DNA of 64,000 bases from Lingula anatina. Its lineage: Eukaryota; Animalia; Brachiopoda. The position numbers and the translations under genes are program-made. The notes below the pieces were generated by a model. It did no database searches. It saw only the letters and a program-made list of their open reading frames with translations, and was not told where the DNA came from. The number at the start of each line of letters is the position of its first letter. Position 1 is the first letter of the stretch. Location of the stretch: contig CM120640.1 of NCBI GenBank assembly GCA_051362555.1, positions 4,402,001-4,466,000 on the forward strand. The letters run 5' to 3'. Of the stretch, positions 26,981-38,726 are shown in pieces.

Positions 26981-29900
26981 ATATTGGGCCATTATTGACA
27001 AAGGAACACAGAATAGCTGGACAAGTAATCACTTTACATGCATATTATCCCTTTTTTGGAGAGACCTCTCATCTGCCAACCTCAGGACAAGTTATAGTGA
27101 AAGTCAACCCAGCTTTTGTGAAGTATGTTCAAAAACATCCTCAAGTTTGTGGGAGGAAGTTTGCAGATGTTCTTGAGAAAGCACATGCCCAAGCCCAGTT
27201 TACTAATGATGGAGAACTCCGTCTCTCTTGCACCATCACAGATGATGCCCCGGATGCCTTTGCGCTGATCCAAACATGGGAACAAGAGGCAAGATTGAAA
27301 GTCCAGGATTTTTTTCAGCATTACTCACATGAGGTTTTCCAAATTCAACCGGATGCATGGAATAACACTGTGGAAAGAATCGCAGAGAAGCGCTTAGTTG
27401 AATCATGTGGTATTATTTTGGATATGGACCCTCACACTATGAAAATTACCCTTACTGGTGAAAATGAAATGGTAATGCTGCTGTCAAATCAAGTGAAAGC
27501 CATTCATGATGCAGAAATGAAAGCAATAGAAAGGGAGAGGGAGAAAATAAAAGATAACATATCTTTGGATGAATACAAGCTAAGACTGTTGCTTGCTTTG
27601 AACTTTTTGAACAATATGGAGGAGCAGTTTCATGACCTATCCACCAAAATTGATCTTAAAAAGGGCATTATATCCTTTGAAGGGGTTCAAGCAGATGTTA
27701 GGAATGCTAAGTTGCAAATGTATGAGAGAATTACAACATTAGTTGAAGACGAGGTTTCTCTGTCTCATTTGATGATTGACTTTTTGAAATCTCAAGCATG
27801 TCAAGATTATCTTGATCAGTGCCTTAAGTCAAGTCAAGTAGTTGCTGTGTGGACCTTTGGCGATAAAGAAATATCACTGTACGCACAGTCAAGAGACCAG
27901 TTAGAAACTGCAAATGCTATCATTTTGAGGGAGATTCAAGAAAAGACCTGTGAGTTAAATGCAGAGTCTCAGCCATTGATGAAGTCAGAAAAGTGGCAGA
28001 AGTTGTGTGACAGTCTAAATAAAGACTATCCTGGATTGTTGAAGATTTCTTCAAGTGCAGCACATTACACCATTGTGACCCTGAAAAAAGAGATGCAAGG
28101 TATTCTTGGCAGAATAAACAGGTTTTTGGAAGAAAATACCATATTGACTGTATTTGAGCCAATGGAATATGGAAGAGTAAGCTACATGAAAAACTATATG
28201 ATTGAAGGGCTGAACAATATCACTGCTAGTCTAAAACCATCTGTCATTTCAGTTGTAGCAGACAACACCAAATCAAAGCCAGGCATTATGGTTAAAGGCA
28301 CAAAAGATGGTCTGAAGGAAATTATGCCAACTATCAAGGAGTTATCCAGTTCAGTCCAGAAATGTTCATATCCTGTGGGAAAACCAGGCATGCCAAAGTT
28401 CTTCAGTGAAAAGAAAGGGCAGTCTCTGCTTGAGGGTGTTGCCATGCGTACAAAAACCATCATTGAAGTTAACCAGCCTGAGGAGACAACACCTCATGTC
28501 ATTACAGGGAAACGTGATCACCAGAAGGCAGAGGAAACCAGGGTTGTGAGGAGTCAAGTGGTTCATAGCAGCGGAAAGAAATTCTTGGTGTGTAAAGGAG
28601 ATATGAGCAAATACCCAGTTGATGTTGTGGTCAATGCAGCCAATGACCGTTTGGAGCATACAGGTGGTCTGGCAGGTGCTCTGTTAAAAGCAGGTGAGAA
28701 GGTTACATTACTTAATATTTTTTAAAGATATGGGTCTTGAAAAGGGCTGTTTTTAAATAGAGACAATTTTGATGAAAAGAGATCAATTTGACTGGTTCAC
28801 AGATCCATAAGGATGCCCCCCCCCCCCCCCCCCACTCCCCCACTGCCTTATCTCGGTTACTGACAGTGAGTGATATGATTTTAAACAGAATGTCACCAAC
28901 ACTAGTGGGCTTGATTTGGTCTTAAAGTGCAATTTAAGAACACAAATAGTCTTACATGATCTTAAAACATGAGTAAGACCATTTCTAGTCTGACAGCCAA
29001 TTAAGTTGTCTCCCCTTACACATTCTCTATTGTGAGCAGAGGTGTCCTCTATTGTGAGGGGAGGTATCCCCTATTGTGAGGGGAGGAAACTGCTTGACCA
29101 CTTAAGTAGATGTTAGATCATTTTTTATCTTAAAAGCAGATTCAGTCCATTTTAAGACTACTGCTGTAACGATTGTGAACTTAAATTGCACTTTAAGACC
29201 AAATCTAGCCCACTAGTGCAAGGTGATGTACGTTGCTATGTCAATGGACACCTGACTAATTTTGTATCATATGGTACGTGTCAGTCATGGAAAGAAGGCT
29301 GACAGGGGCTAGGATATCATTCAACACTCTGCACTAATGGCCCAATCAGATTGGACAAATTTTTATTCCCTCATTATTACTAGTATTCTGTTTTATTCAT
29401 GTTCCAGGAGGAAAAACAATCCAGGAAGAATCAAAGAAATTCCTTGAGAGTCATGAATGGTCAAGGCTCCTGGAAGGTCAGATAGCTTGGACTGGTCCAG
29501 GGAAACTACCTTGTAAACTCATTATCCATGGAGTTGTACCTATGTGGGAGGGAGACAAAGCAGGAAAAGAGAGACTGCTCAAGGCGGTAGTCTACAAGGC
29601 TTTCGAAAAGGCTAACCAAGATGGCTTCAAATCCATTGCCTTTCCAGCCATTAGTTCTGGCACCTTTGGTTATCCTGTGGACAAAAGTACCAGGGCCATA
29701 GTTGAGGCTGCTGATATGAGTTGTAGGGAAAATCCAGGCTCCAGTCTCAAAGAAATTCACTTTGTTGATGCATTTGATTCTACTGTTGATCTGTTCGGTA
29801 AGGCTGTCCACAGTGTTCTGGGGGTCACTGGTCAGTTTGGACAGCCCAAGACCAGATACAGGGGATCACCAACATTAAGGGAAGGTAAATAGGTTGATTA

Positions 29901-32900
29901 GTTTCAGCAAATTTTGTATTTAATGATCATTTTGTTAGTGATATGCAGGCCCATAACCAGCAATTTCAATAGGGGGAGGGTTCTTTTTCTGAAAAAGTGA
30001 ACCTTTTACCATGAAATATTCATGTACCTAGGTAAAATTTTACCCAGAAGGGACTTTTTCCCCGAAACCTGGCAACAAGCCTGGTTATGAATATTCCCCC
30101 ATGCAATGTAAAGATTGAATTCTCCACTACTTTCCCTACGATATGCTCATTCTGAGAATTTAGTAATAACCAGGTGGATTGCACTGTTTAACAAGCCAAA
30201 ACTATTCATTTAGTTGTCATGATCACAGCCAATCTTAATGTTACATATTATTTTAACAATTTATATTGATTTTACAAGTCTATGAGTGATTATATTTAGA
30301 TATGAGAGGGGATGACATGGTGCAGTGGCAAGACCCGGATGATATAGATACAGATGATGAGCTCCAGGCGGCAGGAGCATGGTGTTCTCGCAGAACAACA
30401 CAGAATACAGATTTCCAGCCAGGTCCTTCACCAGACTCTGTGGAGACAGCTGAAGGCATTACTGTGACTCTTGTAAAAGGGCAGCTAGCACAACAGCAGG
30501 TACAATTAATTACTATACTGATTCACAGGGAAACAATTTTTTTAATTTACTAGCTCCATATTTTTATACATTGAAATTGTATAACAAATTGCTTTAAAAG
30601 CTTTACTATTTCTGTGATTTTTATGCCTATATCAAGTACATGCTTTTCAGCAACAGCAACAGTTAATACATATCTTATGCAGCTAATTATAATTAGAGAC
30701 CAGAATTTAAGAAAATAAACTGGAGTATATATGCTATTCAGTGTTTGCCTCTTAGGAAAAATAGTTGCTGGACCGAAAGTCCAGCCATCTTGAAAAGTAG
30801 CTGGACTGAATGTCTGCCGGGTGGGAAACTTTTCAGCCCGTTCTGAAAGTTGTCAGCCCTGGGCAGATGGTCCAGCCTTAATTTCTAACACTGATGCTAT
30901 TACTTAACACCTGGGTGCATGGTATTTAGTTGCCATATTTTTATTGCAGTTATTACCTCCACCAAAGAGGTTATGTTTTCTCCCCTGTTTGTCTGTCTGT
31001 CTTTCTGTCTGTCTGTCTTCAACATAACTCAAAAAGTTATGGACAGATTTTGATGAAAATTTCAGGAACTGTCAGAAGTGGGCCAAAGTACTGATAATTA
31101 GTTTTTGGTGGTGATCCAGATCAATATCAATCAATAATCAATAATAGTAAAAAATTGCTGCCTTGGCGGAGGTCTGCATTCTCGGAGTGCTTTAATTTCT
31201 TGTTTCACATTAGACTCCAACAAGGCAGCAAAGTCTCCATCCAATGTCGTTTCACCCCTAAATTTTTTATATCTTTTATTATTGATTTTATTATTATTAC
31301 CTGTTGTCCGGGCATATCACTTTCTTTTGTTTATATAGTTTTCTTTTTTTGGTATATAATTTTCTGCAGTTATGTGAACAGTGATGGCAGATCTGTTTAT
31401 CTCAGTCTGCTCTGAGTGAGTAACAAAATTGGATGGTCATGCCTTCAAGCCTAGTGAGGGTTAGGCAAATCTGCCAACACAGAGGATCAATACATAAATG
31501 TTATTCTAAGAAATGAAAAGTTTTACATATTACTATTATTTCTGAATATATTTTAGGCCTTTGAGGATGAACTTCAGGGTGTGCAAGGCAAAGGAGGGAT
31601 GGGAGCAAAACCTAAAAGAAAAAGAAAGAGCAAGGCAGGAACTTCTGAAGGTGGTAGGTATCTGCTTTTTGAAAATATTTCATTGAAGATTTGGTTGCTT
31701 TTATGATCAGATAAAAAAAGTGTTATGATGTACCTACATCTTTTGTTGAGTGTGTTATGTAAGAAGGAGGAGCTTTTATTAGGGAAACAAATGGAAAAAG
31801 ACAAGAACAGGTGATTGGTAAACCATAGATTAATGTTCACTTTCATGTTCTTGGCAGAGAGTGATAGCTGAATCCACAATTTGAAGTGGAAATGCTATGG
31901 TCTTGGTTGTTTTGTTACAGATGGCTCCCTCTATACCAACCTGACAAGCCAAACTCCTGGCAGTTACCAAATGAAGATTGGAAAGATCTGTGTTCAAATC
32001 CAAAAAGATGATATTACCAAAGAAGATGTGGGAGCAATAGTTAACAGTACAAATCCCACTCTGGACTTGTCAGTGGGTAAATGTATTTTGTTTTAGCCTG
32101 TCTAGTTGAAGTCAGATTATAATATCATTGAAGTTTCTTGAATTAACAAAAAAAAAAAAAAAAAAGGAAAAAACATTCATTAGGCACCAACATATATGAA
32201 ATATTGGCCATGCCTCACAGCTATGCTTTTTTATCTTTAAATAGGGCAATAAATGTGTTTATCTGGCAATAAATGTGCGCATAGAAATGAAAGTGGCTTA
32301 ATCTAACTGAATGCTAAACACTTTCTGTGCTTTCACCTGCAGGTGGAGTGTCCAAGGCAATTGTTAACAGTGGAGGGAGTGCTATCCTGGATGAATGTAG
32401 AAAGAAAGGTGAGAATAAGTAGCATTCACTTTTTTAACATCAACTTAAATTGCAAATATACTTGCAGAATTGGCATTGTCAGAAAACATAAGATACATAA
32501 TAATAATATTGGGTAAGTGTGAAAAATAGATTTTATTTTTTGTAAGCATTTTTTCTCCAGATATTTATTGAGGTTTGAAATAACAATTTCTAAGATAAAA
32601 AGGCAATTTTGGAGAAAAAAACTTACATACCTGGAACTTGATTTAACATTTTAACTTTTTTACAGTGTAAATTTCGTAGTCTGCTCCAAACTTCTTTAAT
32701 AGATAAGTCAAATTTTAGAGAGTTGTTTTTTGGAGATAGTTGAGAAAACATGAAGTTATGTTCCTGTGTCTAACGTCAAATGCATTACAGGTCAAACACA
32801 GAGTGGTCTAGCTCTGACAGGAGCAGGGAAACTGAAATGCAATCACATAATTCACTTTGATGCTCTAGTGTACTTCCATGGTAAATGGAAGGAGGCTGTT

Positions 32901-35123
32901 ATCAAGTGCCTAGAAATGGCAGAGTCTCTAGGTGTAAAGTCTGTGGCTTTCCCTGCACTTGGAACAGGTAATGGAAGCATTTGCTTTTAACTAACACTAG
33001 AAATAAGTCTATCCTCTGTATATGTTATGAATGCAGTTATTTGACATGAATCCATCTAAGAGGATTCATGCATCTTAAAGGAACTCTCCTTTTCTTATAC
33101 CCCCCCCCCCCAGTCATATTTGTATTTAGAATATTCTGGAAAGCTTCTTTTATTTCCTAATTGATACCTTAAAGACAAAGAACCCCATTTTAAAATGCAA
33201 GTTTATCTGAAGTGTACTTTTTTCTTCTCAGCCTTCATGGTTGCTTGCAAAGTCAATATAATAATACATTGTAAAGGGTCGCGATACACAGGGCCGTAGC
33301 CTCCGGGGGGGGGCAGGGGGGCAGCTGCCCCCCTGGGATTTGAGGTGCAAAAAAAAATAATCGCAAAGGTAAAAAAAATAATTGCAAAGTTGGTATCAAT
33401 TCTGTGAGAAAATGCACTCATGTTAAAATGCACCAGAATGCAGTATTATACATACAGTTTTTAAAAATTTTCCACACCGTGGGAGGGGGACACCCCCTCC
33501 CCCCTCGGGGGCTTCGCCCCCTTGTGTCCGCTTACTGCTCCCCTTGGCATTTTGCTCAGGCTACGGCCCTGATACAACATCCTGTGCCATTTCCTTGTGT
33601 AAAAATTAGGCTGTGAAGGTCAGGACTCAGGAAGGCTGTGTTGTTCTAAATGATCATCTAGAACTAAGCTTATTAAACTAAAAAGGAATAAGGCTTCATT
33701 CACATGGAATGTCTATTTTCTAAAAATCTATTTTCTATTCGCGCTGTCTTAGGATCATGGTCTGTGCCCTGAATATCCCGCCGCGTAATTACTAGCAGCG
33801 CGAGTCAGTTACTTATAGTAACTTATAGTAACTGGCTCGCGCTGCCAGTAATTACGCCGCGGGATATTCAGGGCACAGACCGTGATCATAAGACATACCG
33901 CGAATAGAAAATAGAATTTAGAAAATAGACATTGCATGTGAATGAAGCCTAATGACATTGAATTCATGTGCAATGATTTGTGAGTAGGCAAAAATTGCAA
34001 TTAACCCCAGGAATATTCATTTTGGCAGGGGTTCTGTGAAAAAGCCCTTTCAAATACTTGTTTCACAACTTTCCTGGTATATAAAATATATAACCTTACC
34101 TGTAAATGCTAATATGAATTAAATGTAATATACCTGATAAACAAATATGGACATAGGTTGTTTTAGTCACATGGGGCTTTATGTATAAAAAAGCCTGAAG
34201 AATTGAAAATGTTTTTCCATAACTTTTCTTTGTGTGAGATCAATAACTCAATCTTTTCAATAGGCAAAAGTTCTCCAACCTTCAGATGCATAGCTTAACA
34301 ATCACAAAATGTATTTCTATATAGCATTTGGGGTGCTTTTGCTGCATAGAATACAACTATAGAGTAACCTGCTTTTTAGTTTTGTTGCTACCACTCAGTA
34401 AGGGTGTTCTAATTTGAAGAAATATTGACTTAAAATAGACTATCTGTAAAATTCACAATTTTTCCTCATTGAAAAGATTGAGTAATTACAGTATATTTTA
34501 TTACATATTGTAGGTGCACTTGGATTTAATAATAACCCTGAGTCAATTGCCTCAGACATGTTGGAAGGTATTGCTGACTTCTACATTAATGTTAATCCAA
34601 TTAATGTCATGCTGGTAAGGATTACTTTGTTTCAACCACATCTGCTACCTATATTCCATAAGGTTATGGAGAACAAGCATGGAACACCATTAAAAGACAA
34701 CAGAGGTATCTTTAAAAAAGTGTGGGGTAAGTTTGATATAATGTTGTTTATATTATACAGTGTGTTTTATAAGGCAGTAATGTCACATTAATTTGATCAG
34801 AAATGTACACTGAGGAGATCTGAAAATATTTTTAATATATTCGTTCACAATTTTTGTGATGTCAAAAAATTTAATACATTTGCCATCAAACTAGAAGAAC
34901 TTTTTTTCATTTATTGTAACATTTTTGATTTTCTTCATATCTTTAAGATACCTTTCTAATGCATTCATGGAAAGGGAGTGAGGTTTTGGAAAGGGAGAAA
35001 AAAGTGTTGGTTCTTGACATTTATGCAAAGGACAAGAAATCTTCTGATGCTGCCGTGCAAGGTATAGAGGACATAGTGAGAGATGAAATGGAGGACAGGG
35101 GCTGTATTCTTGAAACTTTGTAA
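13969..35123 (+). CDS. PARP14/PARP9-like macro-PARP paralog, gene B: RRM-like domains + repeat exon + KH region + Macro1 + Macro3, lacking the Macro2 core, WWE and ART (~2266 aa; could be a recent pseudogene)
   Basis: Exons 13969-14149, 21318-21547, 21746-23705, 24362-24574, 24947-25381, 25560-25820, 26345-26590, 26981-28693, 29408-29884, 30300-30499, 31557-31653, 31921-32076, 32343-32408, 32791-32967, 34514-34726, 34948-35123 total 6801 nt with compatible phases and no internal stop seen. PARP14-type RRM motifs: HFQQESVGGGDV, LFENAKRTGGGDI, FFQSKKRSGGGQI. Macro1: GDMSKYPVDVVVNAANDRLEHTGGLAGAL..FPAISSGTFGYP. The last six exons are close paralogs of gene A exons. Confidence 0.8.
15166..17498 (-). 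mobile_element. Tc1-like (DD34E) transposon, defective, interrupted and partly inverted
   Basis: TIRs CACACACTGGACAATAGAA(A/G)TGTCACCCC with TA TSDs. Minus-strand transposase pieces read MTRYRILSNDNRRQVINLKR.. and ..HQDDNAPCH..WPVQSPGANIIENVW. Same family as 61205-62590. Confidence 0.92.
15763..16841. mobile_element. CAC-terminal non-autonomous element with a 4-bp TSD (Chapaev-like), rearranged by an inversion
   Basis: The 25-bp terminus TGCACCTCTATATTGGGTTTGGGTG occurs at 15818-15842 and 16817-16841. Each copy abuts a duplicated TTTG of the Tc1 sequence. Internal GAACATACGTTAC occurs four times. Confidence 0.6.
22001..22805 (+). repeat. Coding tandem repeat, 3 x 270 bp (90 aa), in exon 3 of gene B
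   Basis: CAGGCT anchors at 22011, 22281 and 22551. Unit: MYISGYGIDAESHMEQESGKTYISGGHNKDKIQQSHLSQVLHPHSLLARRTEGGSHAHEQQVMLS..SEEF.LKPGHSPP. Confidence 0.95.
26925..26977. repeat. (TTA)n microsatellite abutting a splice acceptor
   Basis: About 17 TTA units directly before CAG|26981. Confidence 0.95.
28900..29218. mobile_element. CACTA-terminal MITE (CMC group) with a 3-bp TSD
   Basis: ~39-bp TIRs CACTAGTGGGCT(T/A)GATTTGGTCTTAAAGTGCAATTTAAG, CAA on both flanks, and a short internal CTATTGTGAG repeat. Confidence 0.8.
30950..31197 (+). mobile_element. Short Helentron-associated (HINE/DINE-1-like) element
   Basis: 5' TTATTACCTCCACCAAAGAGGTTAT hairpin, (GTCT)n microsatellite, 3' subTIR CCTTGGCGGAGGT followed by the hairpin GCATTC-TCG-GAGTGC. 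Confidence 0.75.
33289..33571. mobile_element. GC-rich hAT-like MITE
   Basis: TIRs CAGGGCCGTAGCC / GGCTACGGCCCTG with ATACA on both flanks. It lies in a block absent from the paralogous gene A intron (~7320). Confidence 0.7.
33692..33949. mobile_element. Nearly fully palindromic PIF/Harbinger-type MITE
   Basis: GGCTTCATTCACATG..CATGTGAATGAAGCC termini, TAA TSDs, arms complementary almost to the centre. A half copy lies at ~20995-21097. Confidence 0.85.
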
Positions 35124-35350
35124 CTTACTACAATTTGTAACTATTTATGCGAATTTGTCACTTGGACTTACGCGGTATTCTTGAAACACTTGTAAGTCGT
35201 GGACTTACAAACTCTTGTAACTTTTCAGGTAACTTTCCGGAATTGACGTTCGGCGCATGACTAACCCACAAGGACGTGTTCCACTCCCGTGTTTTGGGCC
35301 GATAAAATGCTTAGCTAGACATAAAAAGTCTCTTGAAATATATTGAGAAT
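35099..35350. mobile_element. One terminus of a Harbinger-like element at the truncation point of gene B
   Basis: Homology to gene A stops at GAGGACAG|. The sequence continues GGGCTGTATTCTTGAAAC with an internal copy GTATTCTTGAAAC and CTTAC/GTAAG repeats. CAG fits a CWG target. No partner TIR was found in the window. Confidence 0.5.
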
Positions 35351-35352
35351 AA

Positions 35353-37828
35353 TTGTACCACCAGCGTAGGCGCTGGCGGTACACATGGTTTTAGTCCCGA
35401 TCCGTATGTTCTGCTGGCTCCGCCGGCTCCTGCGGCTCCGCCTACAAGTTACCGTTACCGCTTCTCCTCCTAGACGGTAAGGGCCCCCATACCCATCTCT
35501 TGGATTTAGGTCACCTATAATCTCAACTTGTTCCACGTAAAATTTGGGCTTTGTCGGTATTGGGGTCTAGGTGTGGCACTCATTGCAATGCACCCTTGTC
35601 CAAAAATGGCAAAATTAAATGCTAATTATCTACCCTACAGAAGGAATTATGGGAAAAATTTCTACAGACGGCTTTCCAAAAGTCATATGTGTAGATTTCA
35701 AATATGCCCTTGGATTTGACCTTTGACCTTTATTTCAAGGTCAAACAGGCCAAAAAAACGAAATTTTTTACGAAAAAAATTTTTTTGCACTGTTATTCAG
35801 ACACTACACAGGCTTAACCAATAATATTATTGGAAAGTGTTACCCTTTGGGTCATCTTTCATCTCTGTGAATTTGGGGTCAATCGGTGAATTTTTACGGG
35901 AGTAGCGGCCATACCATAAGATACCGAAACTGAAAACTGTCTCTAATTCGGGAACCGTTAGTGCTAGAGACCCATTCTTTTTTGCATTTTGTAGAGCATG
36001 TAAAGCCCAACACTGGTGGTGGTCTCCGTTTTTTTGTATTCCATACCGTTTTCGAGTTACGCTGTATCAAAAAGTACATTTTGGTGGTTAAAGCAAAATG
36101 TGCAGTACGGTAATGGATAAAAAATTTTGAACTCCGGAAAAATAAAACATAAGGCTTGGCGAGGCAGACAACTTGTGGTCAAAAATGACATTATTTCGTC
36201 AAATTTGAACATCTGGAACTTCAGAGCACCTCCCATTTCAAGAATTTTGACCAAAATGACCTTTTCTTTATTTTAATTAATTTTTTCTGTACGAAATTTA
36301 TGGCACATTATTGTAACTCCAAAATTATAACATTAAGTCCCTTATATCTCTAAAACTGGCAGAGATAGGTCCATGGTTACTATTGAACTTGAATAGGAAA
36401 TCATATACTGGCAATCTAAGTGTGACCTTGAAATTGACCTTTGACCTACTTTTCATCATGAATTGAACTTTGCAAATTTTGGTTCCCTTTTATCTCCAAA
36501 ACTGGCAGAGATAGGTCCATAGTTACTATTGAAGTTGAATAGGAAGTCATATACTGGCAATCTAAATGTGACCTTGAAATTGACCTTTGACCTACTTTAC
36601 ACCATAAACTGAACTTTGCAAATTTTGTTCCCTTTTATCTCCAAAACTGGCAGAGATAGGTCTATGGTTACTAGTTAAGTTGAATAGGAAGTCATATACT
36701 GGCAATCTAAATGTGACCTTGAAATTGACCTTTGACCTACTTTACACCATAAACTGAACTTTGCAAATTTTGTTCCCTTTTATCTCCAAAACTGGCAGAG
36801 ATAGGTCTATGGTTACTATTGAAGTTGAATAGGAAGTCATATACTGGCAATCTTAATGTGACCTTGAAATTGACCTTTGACCTACTTTTCATCATGAATT
36901 GAACTTTGCAAAATTTGGTTCCCTTTTATCTCCAAAACTGGCAGAGATAGGTCCATAGTTACTATTGAACTTGAATAGGAAGTTATATACTGGCAATCTA
37001 AATGTGACCTTGAAATTGACCTTTGACCTACTTTATACCATAAACTAAACTTTGCAACTTTTTAATGCTTTTATTTTCAAAACTGGCAGAGATACGCCCA
37101 TAGTTACTATTGAATTTGAATAGAAAGTCATACGAGGCAATCTAAGTGTGACCTTGAAATTGACCTTTGACCTACTTTTCATCATGATATGAAGTTTACA
37201 AATTTTGGTTCCCTTTTATTTCCAAAACCGGCAGAGATAGGTCCATAGTTACTATTGAACTTGAATATGAAGTCACATACTGGCAATCTAAATGTGACCT
37301 TGAAATTGACCTTTGACCTACTTTACACCATGAACTGAATTTTGCAAATTTTGGTTCCCTTTTATTTCCAAAACTGACAAGATACGCCCATAGTTACTAC
37401 TGAATTTGAATAGGAAGTCATATACTGGCAATCTAAGTGTGACCTTGAAATTTACGTTTGACCTACTTTTTATCATGAATTGAAGTTTACAAATTTTGGT
37501 TCCCTTTTATCTCCAAAACTGGCAGAGATAGGTCCATAGTTGCTGCTGAACTTGAATAGGAAGTCATATACTGGAAATTTACTGTGACCTTGAAATTGAC
37601 CTTTGACCTACCTTACTATTAACTGAACTTTGATTGTACCATTTTTAGTTATATATATTTTTTTTGCATATTTTGAGAATTCTTGTTGATTGCATTTTTT
37701 ACAGCTTGTCAAGCACAAGACTGGTGGTGTTGTCCCTTTTTTGTGTATGTGGGGGTCTATACGATCGCGCTTACCCCAGCTGGTGGTACAATATTCGGAG
37801 GCGGTATCGCCTCTCTGATCCTCTAGTT
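35353..37828 (+). mobile_element. Non-autonomous Helentron-type element (HINE) carrying a satellite array
   Basis: 5' hairpin TGTACCACCAGCG-TAGG-CGCTGGCGGTACA, short GGCTCC repeats, 3' subTIR GCTGGTGGTACAA (37779-91), hairpin GAGGCG-GTAT-CGCCTC, and a CTAGTT end. Confidence 0.85.
36340..37633. repeat. Satellite-like tandem array, ~9 x 145-146 bp
   Basis: ACTGGCAGAGATA anchors at 36355, 36501, 36646, 36791, 36937, 37082, 37227, 37373 and 37518. Confidence 0.95.
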
Positions 37829-38726
37829 CAGAAAGATGTGTCTCAACATTTTCTTTCAAGTTTTCATCAGAAAATCCACTCATATTTGACTGTGCTTCCT
37901 CCGACATGCAAGCTCAGAAATCGAACTTGGCTCCTCTTATGGGATTCTCCTCTTCTGGGAATTGCCGCTAGCAAAAAGCACTTTAATTTATTAAATTTGC
38001 AATGAAAATGTTCAAATATATTTCCTTAAGTTAGTAGTTTATAATAAACACTCACAACATAGTTCAAATTTGATACCTGCTTGGATTGCATGTTGTCTTA
38101 GGATACCAAAGTCATACAAATAAGTTTACACCAGGTGTATATGACATTCAGTTAGATACAAAAATGTAATTTTATTTTATTTTCAGTATATTTTATTTTC
38201 AATATATAAACATTGTTATTAAATGTGAGTTGGTATAAATGTTTTTCTGTTGACCTTTGCTGTAGATGTTTTATCATGAGATCTGAGTAAATGTTATTTT
38301 CATATTAAATCACAAATAATAATACAAATAAAGTCAAATAAGTTGGCTCAACTTGTCAAAAATGACATTCAATTTAATATTAACATGTTATTTTTAATAA
38401 AATGGAGAGATTTGATGAATTTTAATTAAAATACACACTGGTATAAATGTGGAAATAAATCCTCTAAACCTTTGTTGTCATCATGAGGAGTGAGTAGGGT
38501 TTTTTTTTCATGTCAGTAAGAAATGCAAGTTACATGTACATTATACTGGTACGAATGAACATGTACCTACATGTTGATAGTGCAATCTGTACAAAAAAAA
38601 AAAGAGAGAGAGAGAAGGATTAAAATAATAATAATAATGATAATAATAAATGACCAAATGTGCTCACTGATTGTTCAATCATATTTTCAATAATTTCAGG
38701 TATTTTTTTGTTTCATATAATATTTA

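Noticed and set aside
26795-27176. Poly-Asn and poly-Leu ORFs
   Set aside because: These are translations of the (TTA)n microsatellite.
36340-37633. CRISPR-like array
   Set aside because: The units are similar along their full length with no unique spacers, there are no cas genes, and the array is bounded by Helentron termini in spliced eukaryotic DNA.
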